From IMG/VR virus record IMGVR_UViG_3300027808_000152, positions 1 through 25,331 of that record: a stretch of 25,331 bases of DNA, one strand, 5' to 3'. How positions within the stretch are numbered: position 1 is the stretch's first letter; each line of letters starts with the position of its first letter. The notes beneath the pieces are model-generated. The model made no database searches. It had not been told where the DNA came from and saw only the letters and a program-made list of their open reading frames with translations. Shown piece after piece: positions 1-7,898 of the stretch. The DNA comes from a virus. Lineage: Duplodnaviria; Caudoviricetes. The translations under genes were made by a program, and so were the position numbers.

Positions 1-68
1 CTAAGAATGCACTAATATATGATAACCATCCCTAAATGGTTTCATATAGTCTTATTACTGAGGGCGAC

Positions 69-203
69 AGCCCCACTGTATCTTAATATCCGAGTACCTT
101 CTCTACAGCGGTGAAGGCTCATTTTAGTGACGGAGGTTACATCCGCCTCGACTGAAGTGTGCTGCTAACCACTAGGGAGTGTGGCAACAAGCATAGCGGG
201 ACT
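69..203 (-). ncRNA. candidate structured RNA (unassigned)
   Basis: No ORF; 9-bp closing stem AGTCCCGCT(203-195)/AGTGGGGCT(77-69) pairs fully only on the minus strand (2 G-U); three internal hairpins (92-120, 129-147, 160-193). Confidence 0.55.
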
Positions 204-273
204 TATTATTCTTTTGTGAAAATGAGCGTCATAGCTATACCATCGGCTTCATATCACTAAAAGATATATTATA

Positions 274-600
274 TCAACAAACAACAACTTCTTCAAGATC
301 AAGAAGTCGAATCTTAATATCAGGGCGTTCTTCAAATTTTTTCTGCCAGCCTAGTAGGACACTCATCATGTAGCTACTCATTCCATAAGCGTTAGCGTGA
401 CAGTAATAAGTACTACCTGAGTACCCATCAAATTCGTAATTACCATCTTCACAACGAGTTTCTGTAATACCTGAATTAAGTTTCCAACTATCTGAGCCTG
501 CAAAGCCACCATACCAACCTGCAAATACTTTAAGTACAGGCTCTTGCTTATCACTAGACATTTCTAGTACTACCCAACGATCTGGTGTATAATCACTCAT
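274..600 (-). CDS. conserved phage hypothetical protein
   Basis: 108-aa ORF, 4-nt overlap with upstream ORF; resembles a common phage hypothetical (recollection only). Confidence 0.8.
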   Translation of the reverse strand: MSDYTPDRWVVLEMSSDKQEPVLKVFAGWYGGFAGSDSWKLNSGITETRCEDGNYEFDGYSGSTYYCHANAYGMSSYMMSVLLGWQKKFEERPDIKIRLLDLEEVVVC

Positions 601-809
601 TTCAGGGACTCCTTGTACTTTTTAATAGCTTCTGCATCTAAAGATGCATAAACGCGAAACTTATCACGACCAACCTTATCATAAAGGTCAAGTGCCATTT
701 TTTCCTGATTTTCTAATGTTTCAATAGATAAGAGAGTACAACTAATGTATCGGCTCATAAAAGCATCAATCAAAAATTCTTTGCTATATCCTGCCATATT
801 ATTCTCCAA
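597..809 (-). CDS. hypothetical protein
   Basis: 70-aa ORF downstream of promoter 820-848; true start probably the ATG at 797 after GGAG. Confidence 0.75.
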   Translation of the reverse strand: MENNMAGYSKEFLIDAFMSRYISCTLLSIETLENQEKMALDLYDKVGRDKFRVYASLDAEAIKKYKESLK

Positions 810-819
810 ATAAGATTAT

Positions 820-848
820 ATTATACCTTAGTTTGGGGTAAAAGTCAA
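820..848 (-). promoter_or_regulatory. sigma70-type promoter
   Basis: TTGACT-17 nt-TATAAT on minus strand. Confidence 0.8.
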
Positions 849-857
849 GATTAAATT

Positions 858-932
858 TGGCCCGGCGTAGTGGAATCGAACCACTATTAAGGGCTTAGAA
901 GACCCTTGCACTATCCATTGTACTAACGCCAG
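858..932 (-). tRNA. tRNA-Arg (anticodon TCT)
   Basis: Cloverleaf by hand: CTGGCGT/ACGCCGG acceptor, AGGGT-CTTCTAA-GCCCT anticodon arm, AGTGG-TTCGATT-CCACT T arm, encoded CCA. Confidence 0.95.
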
Positions 933-1162
933 CTATCGTGATGATTTTTGTTATAAACTGTAAAATCTACCGAATATCCTAGCACTCCGAAAGCTATTCT
1001 AAAAAGAGTTTCAGTTTGTAACTGTATTTCTACTAGCTGATAGCTACAGTAGAAGTGCTGTACTTCCCAGCACCAATCTTTATATAGTTTACCGTGTATA
1101 CTACCTAAATCTTTGAAGTATCCGCCTAGCCCCGACCTGATGTTAAAGTATAAATGAACCAT
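923..1162 (-). CDS. hypothetical protein
   Basis: 79-aa ORF with AAGGA upstream; stop codon lies inside the tRNA-Arg 5' end. Confidence 0.6.
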   Translation of the reverse strand: MVHLYFNIRSGLGGYFKDLGSIHGKLYKDWCWEVQHFYCSYQLVEIQLQTETLFRIAFGVLGYSVDFTVYNKNHHDSWR

Positions 1163-1250
1163 TCTATGTCTTCCTTATATCTTTGCCAAATACAGATACT
1201 AATAGCCATTATTACTTCAAAAACTAGTATACTAACTATTGCTATTGCTA

Positions 1251-2258
1251 TCATACATGACCTATTTGTTTAGCAAACTGATAGCTTGCAGTATTTTTTT
1301 GTTTTGACTCGCACATAATGTCTGCGTAGTCTAGGAACGTTCCAGCCCATTGATTAACATCTTCGTTCCAATAGAACTCGGAGTGAGCGCGAAGCTTGGC
1401 AGAGGTAAAGCCTTGCGACTTAAGCTCTCTGAAATCTGGTCTAGTTCGTCCACAATGATCAACGAGAATGTCTTCCCTACTAATCGAGTAGTGGATAACT
1501 GGGCGGACACCGCGCCAGCTTTCATGTAGTTTTTGTACACGTGAATCTGTGGGCTCAATGTATTCTCCAGTAGCAATCCAGTGATGATGAATGTCAAGTA
1601 CTAAGGCACAGTGGTCTACTAATTCTAGTGAAGCCTCAATACCCCATGAGAACTCAGCGTTTTCAATAGTTAGAGTGTTTCGTGCTTCAGGTGTCAATCT
1701 TTTTAGTGCTGAGATAATACCTTTGGGACCTTGTTTACCGCCTATGTGTACATTGCATTTAAAGTCTTGAAACTTTTTGCCGTAACCCATATAGCGAATA
1801 ATATCTGCATGATACTCAAACTCAGTAATTGACTTTTCAACTGTACCTTCGTTATCTGAAGCTAACACGCAGAACTGGCCTGGATGAAAGCTGAGTCGTA
1901 CATCTGCTGCACGAAACTTGTCACCGATACGGGAAAGATTCTTTTCTAGGTAGTCTACTACATCGGACTGAAAATAAAACCACATCCAGTCATCATGTGA
2001 GTATCCAGTAAGTAGATCACTACTAAGTCTAAACATACGCAGACCTGCTGGTTGCTGTGCTACCCAGTTAGCTTGATTTTCAAGAGCTTGAATGTTAGTA
2101 CGCATTAAAGCCCACAGCCTTTCGGCTGCTGCGTCTTTAGTTTGTTTAGCAAGCCAGGTAATAGTAGTACCTTTGGTCTGACAACTAACTAAGTCTGTGG
2201 ATTCTGAGCTTTGAATTTTACACGCAAAGCCAATGCGTTTTTGATTTTGATTAAACAT
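1251..2258 (-). CDS. uvsE: UV damage endonuclease (UvsE/UVDE family)
   Basis: RIGFAC N-terminus, FRLSSDL, RLSFHPGQF, HIGG, LTIEN, LVLDIHHH, HYS and AHS motifs typical of UVDE. Confidence 0.92.
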   Translation of the reverse strand: MFNQNQKRIGFACKIQSSESTDLVSCQTKGTTITWLAKQTKDAAAERLWALMRTNIQALENQANWVAQQPAGLRMFRLSSDLLTGYSHDDWMWFYFQSDVVDYLEKNLSRIGDKFRAADVRLSFHPGQFCVLASDNEGTVEKSITEFEYHADIIRYMGYGKKFQDFKCNVHIGGKQGPKGIISALKRLTPEARNTLTIENAEFSWGIEASLELVDHCALVLDIHHHWIATGEYIEPTDSRVQKLHESWRGVRPVIHYSISREDILVDHCGRTRPDFRELKSQGFTSAKLRAHSEFYWNEDVNQWAGTFLDYADIMCESKQKNTASYQFAKQIGHV

Positions 2259-2265
2259 AGTAGTT

Positions 2266-2294
2266 ATTATACTAAATATAAACTGTTAAATCAA
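2266..2294 (-). promoter_or_regulatory. sigma70-type promoter of uvsE
   Basis: TTGATT-17-TATAAT; the ATG is 7 nt after the -10, so the mRNA is possibly leaderless. Confidence 0.7.
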
Positions 2295-2378
2295 GTAAAT
2301 AATTATAAGAACAGCCCAAGTAACACCGAAACTTTTTAATAATGTAAGTGTTTTCATTTTGTCACTGGGCAAATTCAA

Positions 2379-2855
2379 TTATCGTATAATACCTTTTTCT
2401 AATCGCTCTGATACTAATCGTGCGTATCCTGCAATGTCAACCCAGCTATCCGCGTAGTCTGGCTTACCGTTAAGGATTCGTGCTATTTTGTGCACAATCA
2501 TTTCTAAACTTTCTTGCTGATCTGCCTGCATATTTTTCCAGGTTGGCGCAGCGTGTAGAATTTCTTTGAGTTTTTGTGTAATTGCTGCCATGTCTTTAAA
2601 AGGTCCGTAATTCTTTGCGCGCTCATCTAATACTTCAATAGTAGAATCTCCTACTGTAGTATAAGTATTTACTGTAGGAAATACTACTTGTGCTCCACCA
2701 ACTGTTCCTGGCATAGGCATAGTAATGCTATCTGAGCCACGCGCACCTGTAATAAACGCAGGTGTAGTACTTGCTTTATTATCTGCTTTAGGTCCTTGGT
2801 GTGGTTTTGCCATAGGAAATGGCCACATTGATTTTAATTCTTGTTCGGGTGTCAT
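2379..2855 (-). CDS. DUF6378-like phage protein
   Basis: C-terminal ERAKNYG...KIARILNG...DSWVDIAGYA motif; low-complexity N-terminus. Confidence 0.75.
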   Translation of the reverse strand: MTPEQELKSMWPFPMAKPHQGPKADNKASTTPAFITGARGSDSITMPMPGTVGGAQVVFPTVNTYTTVGDSTIEVLDERAKNYGPFKDMAAITQKLKEILHAAPTWKNMQADQQESLEMIVHKIARILNGKPDYADSWVDIAGYARLVSERLEKGIIR

Positions 2856-3037
2856 AATTAATTGTTAGTTAGTTAAAGATTAGTATAGAACTCTTAGAAT
2901 TCTATAATAATCCCTCCTAAGAGGAATTACCGTGTATGCTCCCTGCAAAGAGACTCACTACACTACATTCAGTCTGTCCCGCTGAACCTTGCAGGGTTCT
3001 GCTTCGATGATGAATTGTAAGGATTAGGATTCATTTG

Positions 3038-3066
3038 AAAAACGCAGGCAAAGCTCAAATCCTGCG
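3038..3066 (-). terminator. intrinsic terminator
   Basis: CGCAGG/CCTGCG stem followed by TTTTT on minus strand, downstream of ORF 3101-3295. Confidence 0.6.
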
Positions 3067-3100
3067 CAATAAGTAATTATACCTTAATTCTTTACTCAGG

Positions 3101-3295
3101 TCAAGAGTATTTTTCCGGAGCCCTTAGTAAGGCCGGTAACTTTTTCTTTGTTTTAATCTGTTTTATTAATTCAGGATTAATACCTTGAAGTGGATTAACT
3201 GCTCCCGCTGTTTTTTGATATTTCTCATAAACAGGTAATAGTTGATCTAAGATTAATAACTCTAGCTCTTTGACGTAAGTATGTGAAGAATTCAT
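3101..3295 (-). CDS. hypothetical protein
   Basis: 64-aa ORF with GAGGT RBS and its own promoter. Confidence 0.75.
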   Translation of the reverse strand: MNSSHTYVKELELLILDQLLPVYEKYQKTAGAVNPLQGINPELIKQIKTKKKLPALLRAPEKYS

Positions 3296-3316
3296 TTGGT
3301 ACCTCTAGTTCGCCCT

Positions 3317-3345
3317 ATTATACCATTGTTACCCATTAGTGTCAA
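3317..3345 (-). promoter_or_regulatory. sigma70-type promoter
   Basis: TTGACA-17-TATAAT. Confidence 0.85.
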
Positions 3346-3377
3346 TACTAAAAATTTTTATCCTATAATTTTATAGC

Positions 3378-3418
3378 AAAACAAAAGCCCCCAAGAGCGA
3401 ATCTTGAAGGGGCTTTTG
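3378..3418 (-). terminator. intrinsic terminator of the large ncRNA
   Basis: CAAAAGCCCC/GGGGCTTTTG stem with inner CAAGA/TCTTG, then TTTT on minus strand. Confidence 0.8.
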
Positions 3419-4360
3419 AACATCTATTAATATATAGAGCACGCTGATGTTTTTTACTCAAACAGGATTTTTAAGCTACCACAGCTACCTGTCCCTCAAG
3501 AGCAACTCGGTGTTGCCCACCCGTTGGCGGTTAATCCATTGCGGTGTTTTATAAGGGGAGTGCACAAGTATTCTGTCAAACCATGAAAGGTATGCTGATT
3601 ACTTGCGACTGTCGTGAATTAACGCATTTGCCAGCGAAGTATTGGCTTAGCACTTCTGCCTTGGTTCCACTATCGTTGGACTCCCTCAACGACTGGTAAC
3701 GACTATTCAGTTTTTAGTCGGGATTTCGGTTCCAGCGCATATCCGTTTTACGACTTTTGGTCGACTGTTTATGCAATTATTTATGACCTGCTACAGTTCA
3801 GGGTCAAGAGTAATAAAGTGTTTCTCCCATATACTACTACTCTGGGGACTAGCCTATTAACGAGGGCAAATTCGACTGCTGGTATACACTTTAACGACAT
3901 GCTGCAGTTTAGGGTCATGCACTATTATTTAATCACCCTTGCTAGGTGTCGCTAGTGAGATTCCATACTCACATTACAGAGCGAAGCTCTGCTCTTGGTT
4001 AGATGATAGCTGTATTTGAAAGAGTTCTTTCTCTAGAGTTCCTGCTGGTGTGTTACTCTAAACCATAATTAGCCTGCTTTTAGGAGTATCAAGGCTAATG
4101 TCCCCTCCTGACTGAACGAAGTCATCGGCTAAAGCATAACGCTGCTTTGCGGTATCGAATAAATTTAAACTCTATTATTATCTGAGTCATGTTATTGTTT
4201 CATCTCGTAACATGATCGAGCATATTAAGGATATACCTTGACTCGTAGCGTCTAATACATTAAGTTGAAAGGGTGAAAGTCTTAATGTATTAGATACTGC
4301 TAGAGTTTCGCCTAAATTGCATAGGCTCGTCAGAAGGTTTGTTGTCATCATCAATTTATA
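3378..4360 (-). ncRNA. large (~980 nt) highly structured ncRNA candidate
   Basis: No ORF in the track; bounded by promoter 4366-4394 and terminator 3378-3418; about 20 hairpins including a perfect 14-bp stem (4251-4294). Confidence 0.75.
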
Positions 4361-4365
4361 AATAA

Positions 4366-4394
4366 ATTATACTCTAATTTAATCATAACTTCAA
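4366..4394 (-). promoter_or_regulatory. sigma70-type promoter (large ncRNA)
   Basis: TTGAAG-17-TATAAT. Confidence 0.75.
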
Positions 4395-4419
4395 GTAAAT
4401 AATTTTTATTCTTTCTACT

Positions 4420-4495
4420 TGGTACTCCATGGGGGAGTCGAACCCCTCCTTACCCGCGTGAAAGGCGAGTGTCCTAACCGATAGACGAATGGAGC
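4420..4495 (-). tRNA. tRNA-Glu (anticodon TTC)
   Basis: GCTCCAT/ATGGAGT acceptor, CTCGC-CTTTCAC-GCGGG anticodon arm, TTCGACT T loop, encoded CCA. Confidence 0.95.
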
Positions 4496-4503
4496 AAAAA
4501 AGT

Positions 4504-4804
4504 TGGGCGACCACTAGAGGCTTCGGTGGTCATCAAGTTGTTATCCAGACATATGTGCTGGACTCATAACACCCATAAATTAGTATTATCGTGCCGATTC
4601 TGGAAGTAGCCGCTAAGCTCCCCAATGCCATTGGCAGTTATATCAGGATCAGTCACTGGCAGTTTTGACCCGAATAGCCGTAGCGTCCTACAGGCATACC
4701 TTTGATAACACTAATTTATGAGTAAAGGGCTGTGGCTCAGGCTTACCCACAATTAAGACGCTATCTTCAAATGCGATTACTCGGCTGAAGACTGCTGTCA
4801 CCCT
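4504..4804 (-). ncRNA. three-module structured RNA candidate upstream of tRNA-Glu
   Basis: Two similar three-way-junction modules (4726-4804, 4504-4575) flank a domain closed by a 20-bp stem (4571-4590/4704-4723); promoter at 4821-4849. Confidence 0.65.
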
Positions 4805-4820
4805 ATCAATTTATATAATA

Positions 4821-4849
4821 ATTATATAGCGTTTAGCTACACATTTCAA
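4821..4849 (-). promoter_or_regulatory. sigma70-type promoter
   Basis: TTGAAA-17-TATAAT. Confidence 0.75.
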
Positions 4850-4850
4850 G

Positions 4851-4987
4851 AAAAAAATAACAGTCGTTGCCACTATGAGCTAACTTCGCAGGTGTGTCGA
4901 CATACAGTGACTGATTGGTGAGCGAAGAGATCGTTGACAAACGGGCGGCATTTTCATGCCATTCATTAAGCCCTTCCCGACTGTTTA
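4851..4987 (-). ncRNA. small pseudoknotted RNA candidate
   Basis: AACAGTCG/CGACTGTT closing stem then T-tract; GGCAT-GAAA-ATGCC GNRA hairpin; promoter TTGATT-18-TATAAT at 4994-5023. Confidence 0.6.
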
Positions 4988-5096
4988 TAAATAATTATAC
5001 AACAAAATAGGCAATCAAATCAAGTATAAATTTTTATACCAATTTTTGACTAATCTTACTTATTATATAATACTTTCTTAAAATTATTTAATCTCT

Positions 5097-5125
5097 ATTA
5101 TAGTATAAATACTAAGCAGTTTCAA
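5097..5125 (-). promoter_or_regulatory. sigma70-type promoter
   Basis: TTGAAA-17-TATAAT. Confidence 0.6.
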
Positions 5126-5140
5126 GTACAAAATTTTTGT

Positions 5141-5320
5141 CTAAAAACTCCACCCTGCGTTGTCAAGAGCTTCTTCTGCAGTCTGCTCTGGTGAGACCCC
5201 TGCATTCCAATTGCTCCAATAATCATAGTCTGGAATATCTTCTACACCTAAACCACAGCTTTGAAAAATTGTGCGGTTTACTTGTTTCATCCATGTTTCA
5301 AAGGAAATTTCTTTTGTCAT
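5141..5320 (-). CDS. small phage protein, possibly DUF5419-like (not in ORF track)
   Basis: Hand translation, 59 aa: MTKEISFETWMKQVNRTIFQSCGLGVEDIPDYDYWSNWNAGVSPEQTAEEALDNAGWSF. Confidence 0.7.
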   Translation of the reverse strand: MTKEISFETWMKQVNRTIFQSCGLGVEDIPDYDYWSNWNAGVSPEQTAEEALDNAGWSF

Positions 5321-5337
5321 TGTGTTTTCTTTAAAAA

Positions 5338-5445
5338 TTATTCTGGTATACCAGTACTTTCGAGATTTTCGGATAGCATTTCTTGGATAAGTTCATGTAG
5401 ACTTGAGAAGTCTCCGTAGAAAAAAGCAGCTTCAAATTCAGTCAT
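5338..5445 (-). CDS. small hypothetical protein (35 aa, not in ORF track)
   Basis: MTEFEAAFFYGDFSSLHELIQEMLSENLESTGIPE; GGAG RBS; promoter TTGAAT-17-TATAAT at 5469-5497. Confidence 0.6.
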   Translation of the reverse strand: MTEFEAAFFYGDFSSLHELIQEMLSENLESTGIPE

Positions 5446-5552
5446 TTGTTTCTCCAAATTAAGTATCTATTATACAAAATTTTTTGAAAAAATTCAAATT
5501 TATGATTTTTCCGGTTACAGGCTGAGGTCGGCTAGCGTGCGTAAAAATTGAC

Positions 5553-5581
5553 TTGATTTTTGCAACTAAAAGCCTTATAAT
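5553..5581 (+). promoter_or_regulatory. sigma70-type promoter at the divergence point
   Basis: TTGATT-17-TATAAT, back to back with the minus-strand promoter at 5469-5497. Confidence 0.75.
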
Positions 5582-5614
5582 GTTATTTCTATTATTATTA
5601 TTTTAAATAAACTC

Positions 5615-5902
5615 ATGGATATAGCAACAGCATTAGATGCAGGAACAACAGAAAATTTACCTAATGGTGGGTATAATCTAAAACCCCCTACAGCTTTAGC
5701 CACAAGAGCCGCAAAACATATTCGTAACCTAGAAGCTCAGCATCAGGTGCATTTACAAGCACTTATGCAGATACAACAAAGGGAAGCAATACTTTTGCAA
5801 GACTTGGAGAAATATAGACTAAAACTAGGAGAGTTAGATGCTGAATTACAGAATTTACGCACATCTAGAGGGCCGATTAGCGGCATGGATAGTTCAGGCT
5901 GA
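5615..5902 (+). CDS. hypothetical coiled-coil protein
   Basis: 95-aa ORF after promoter; Leu/Gln-rich heptad pattern. Confidence 0.7.
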   Translation: MDIATALDAGTTENLPNGGYNLKPPTALATRAAKHIRNLEAQHQVHLQALMQIQQREAILLQDLEKYRLKLGELDAELQNLRTSRGPISGMDSSG

Positions 5903-5990
5903 AAGTTACGAAAAAGCAATAGAGTTAGTTAAAGAAGAAACCCAGATAACTTCAGCAATATTATGTTTACTAGAGGAGAATGCTACATGA
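5838..5990 (+). CDS. small hypothetical protein (50 aa, not in ORF track)
   Basis: AGGAG RBS; MLNYRIYAHLEGRLAAWIVQAESYEKAIELV...; ATGA-coupled to the next gene. Confidence 0.6.
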   Translation: MLNYRIYAHLEGRLAAWIVQAESYEKAIELVKEETQITSAILCLLEENAT

Positions 5991-6544
5991 ATATCATAAG
6001 AGCAGCAATCCTTTTTGCAACTTTAATTATACCGATTTTTATCGTTGAAAAGGTTTATGAATTTAGGGTCAGCCGCTTAGCTGAGTATGACCAAAAGACA
6101 ATAAGAAGTTTTACTTCTTTATCAGAAATGGAACGGGAATTAAAATGTATGACTCGCAATGTATACTACGAAGCCGGCGGTGAGCCAGTTGAAGGTAAGA
6201 TTGCAGTAGCCCAGGTAACATTAAATCGTGCAAAAGATGGCAGGTTTGGCGCAGGTATTTGTGGCGTGGTCAATGCAAAAAGTGTAGTACTTAATCGAGT
6301 ACTGTGTCAGTTTTCTTGGCTTTGCGATGGTAGCGAGTCAAGACGCCCAGTTAATAAAGCTCTTTGGGAAGAATCCGAAGCAGCTGCAAAGAAAGTTTTA
6401 CTAGAAAACTTTAAGTTGCCAAGTTTAGAGTCTGCTTTATATTTTCATGCAGACTATGTAAACCCGCAGTGGAAAGGCATGGAAAAAGTTGCAAAAATTG
6501 GTCGTCATATTTTTTATAAAACTAAATCAGAGAGTGTTAAATGA
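5987..6544 (+). CDS. SleB-like cell wall hydrolase (Hydrolase_2) with N-terminal membrane anchor
   Basis: NVYYEAGGE, VAQVTLNR, CQFSW, ALYFHADYVNPQW, IGRHIFY motifs; start moved to 5987 on GAGGAG RBS. Confidence 0.9.
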   Translation: MNIIRAAILFATLIIPIFIVEKVYEFRVSRLAEYDQKTIRSFTSLSEMERELKCMTRNVYYEAGGEPVEGKIAVAQVTLNRAKDGRFGAGICGVVNAKSVVLNRVLCQFSWLCDGSESRRPVNKALWEESEAAAKKVLLENFKLPSLESALYFHADYVNPQWKGMEKVAKIGRHIFYKTKSESVK

Positions 6545-6921
6545 GTAATATTGAAACAGGTAAAAGTGAGTTACCTAAAGAAGAAACTACTATAATGTCA
6601 GTAGTTGAAAAGATTAAAAGTAGCAAAAGTACTATTGATCCAGTAGGATGGATTAAGGAGCATGTAGCTAATATTAGTGCTACAAGTCTTCATATTATGT
6701 CAGTAATCTTACTACACTCTTCAACTATTCCAACGCTTCTTAGCTTAATGTTTGGTATAAGTGATAAGACGCCTATATTAGATATGGTGTTATTACTATG
6801 GGCAGCACTATTAGCAATGTTTGCACAAGCAATAATACAAAAGAACTATGTAATTGTAACAGTAATTACAGTTGGTTTCATGGTTCAATCAGTTATAATG
6901 GCCCTTATTTTCTTTAGGTAA
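6541..6921 (+). CDS. membrane protein (about 3 TM)
   Basis: Hydrophobic C-terminal segments; overlaps the hydrolase stop. Confidence 0.75.
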   Translation: MSNIETGKSELPKEETTIMSVVEKIKSSKSTIDPVGWIKEHVANISATSLHIMSVILLHSSTIPTLLSLMFGISDKTPILDMVLLLWAALLAMFAQAIIQKNYVIVTVITVGFMVQSVIMALIFFR

Positions 6922-6925
6922 TAAT

Positions 6926-7234
6926 ATGAGTAGTGAGCAAGATAAGTTTAATCATAGTCGTCGTCTACAAAAAGATGAAAATGCCATTAAAAAACAACTT
7001 AAAATTGTAAAAGAACACACTCATATTAAAACCGAATATAATCCTAAATTAGATCAACCACATAGATTTGCTAAACATCATGCTATGGATTGTGGGCAAC
7101 CTAATTGTCTCCTATGTGGTAATCCACGCAGGACATGGAATGAATTAACTACACAAGAAAAACGTCTTTTTCAAGACTTAGAAAAAACCACAGACAAGCA
7201 TAGCAACGGAATACCAAGCGATGATAATCCATAA
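6926..7234 (+). CDS. conserved phage hypothetical protein with a Cys cluster
   Basis: CGQPNCLLCGNPR motif. Confidence 0.8.
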   Translation: MSSEQDKFNHSRRLQKDENAIKKQLKIVKEHTHIKTEYNPKLDQPHRFAKHHAMDCGQPNCLLCGNPRRTWNELTTQEKRLFQDLEKTTDKHSNGIPSDDNP

Positions 7235-7826
7235 TCTTTTTCCAACTGCTGTTGGTACGTTCAATTTAGGGTCAGACCTTACTACTGAAGAACTAACTTT
7301 TATTAGTAATCTGGAACTAAGAGGTAATAAATTAAATCTTACTAGTGCAGATACTTATTTATTCAAACGACCAGAGTTGGCAAAGATTGCTAAATTTTGT
7401 AATGATTCTCTTCAAGAGTATTTTCAACATACATATGCCCCTACTTATGATGTACGGCCTTACATAACTCAGAGTTGGGCAAACTATACAAATAAGGGGC
7501 AGAGTCACCATAAACATAGACACCCAAATAGTATAATATCTGGAGTATTCTATGTACAAGCAATAAAAGATATAGATCGTATTATATTTGAAAATCCAAT
7601 TTCTGAGATACTTAAATTACCAACAAATGAGTTTAATGCATATAATTCAGATTCCTGGTGGTTAGGGGCCGAAACAGGACAACTATTACTGTTCCCATCC
7701 TCTCTATTACATCTAGTCGAAGAAGTAACTACTGAAACTACTAGAATTAGTATTTCATTTAATACATTTTTCAAAGGCTACATAGGTGAAGAAACTAATC
7801 TAACCCTTTTGAATATAGAAACTTAA
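7221..7826 (+). CDS. putative 2OG-Fe(II) oxygenase (TIGR02466-like)
   Basis: LFPT start, SWAN, HxHPNSIISGVFY, LLLFPSSLLH, RISISFN. Confidence 0.88.
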   Translation: MIIHNLFPTAVGTFNLGSDLTTEELTFISNLELRGNKLNLTSADTYLFKRPELAKIAKFCNDSLQEYFQHTYAPTYDVRPYITQSWANYTNKGQSHHKHRHPNSIISGVFYVQAIKDIDRIIFENPISEILKLPTNEFNAYNSDSWWLGAETGQLLLFPSSLLHLVEEVTTETTRISISFNTFFKGYIGEETNLTLLNIET

Positions 7827-7845
7827 ATAGCTTAAAAACATATAT

Positions 7846-7874
7846 TTGACTCTTACAGCCAAACTTGATATAAT
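7846..7874 (+). promoter_or_regulatory. sigma70-type promoter
   Basis: TTGACT-17-TATAAT with TGn extension. Confidence 0.85.
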
Positions 7875-7898
7875 ATAAGATTAGAAAGAAAAAATACT

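Noticed and set aside
69-227. Group I intron-like words (ACCTCCGTCACTA, AAGATACAGTG on minus strand)
   Set aside because: The putative P7 would have C-G in place of the required G-C guanosine site, J8/7 is too long and no interrupted gene is seen
1331-1597. Track ORF nested in uvsE
   Set aside because: Alternative frame inside a well-supported gene
4571-4723. Retron msr-msd call
   Set aside because: No reverse transcriptase in the window and no clear long msd hairpin; kept only as an unassigned RNA
5137-5334. Plus-strand 65-aa track ORF
   Set aside because: Antisense shadow of the better minus-strand ORF 5141-5320
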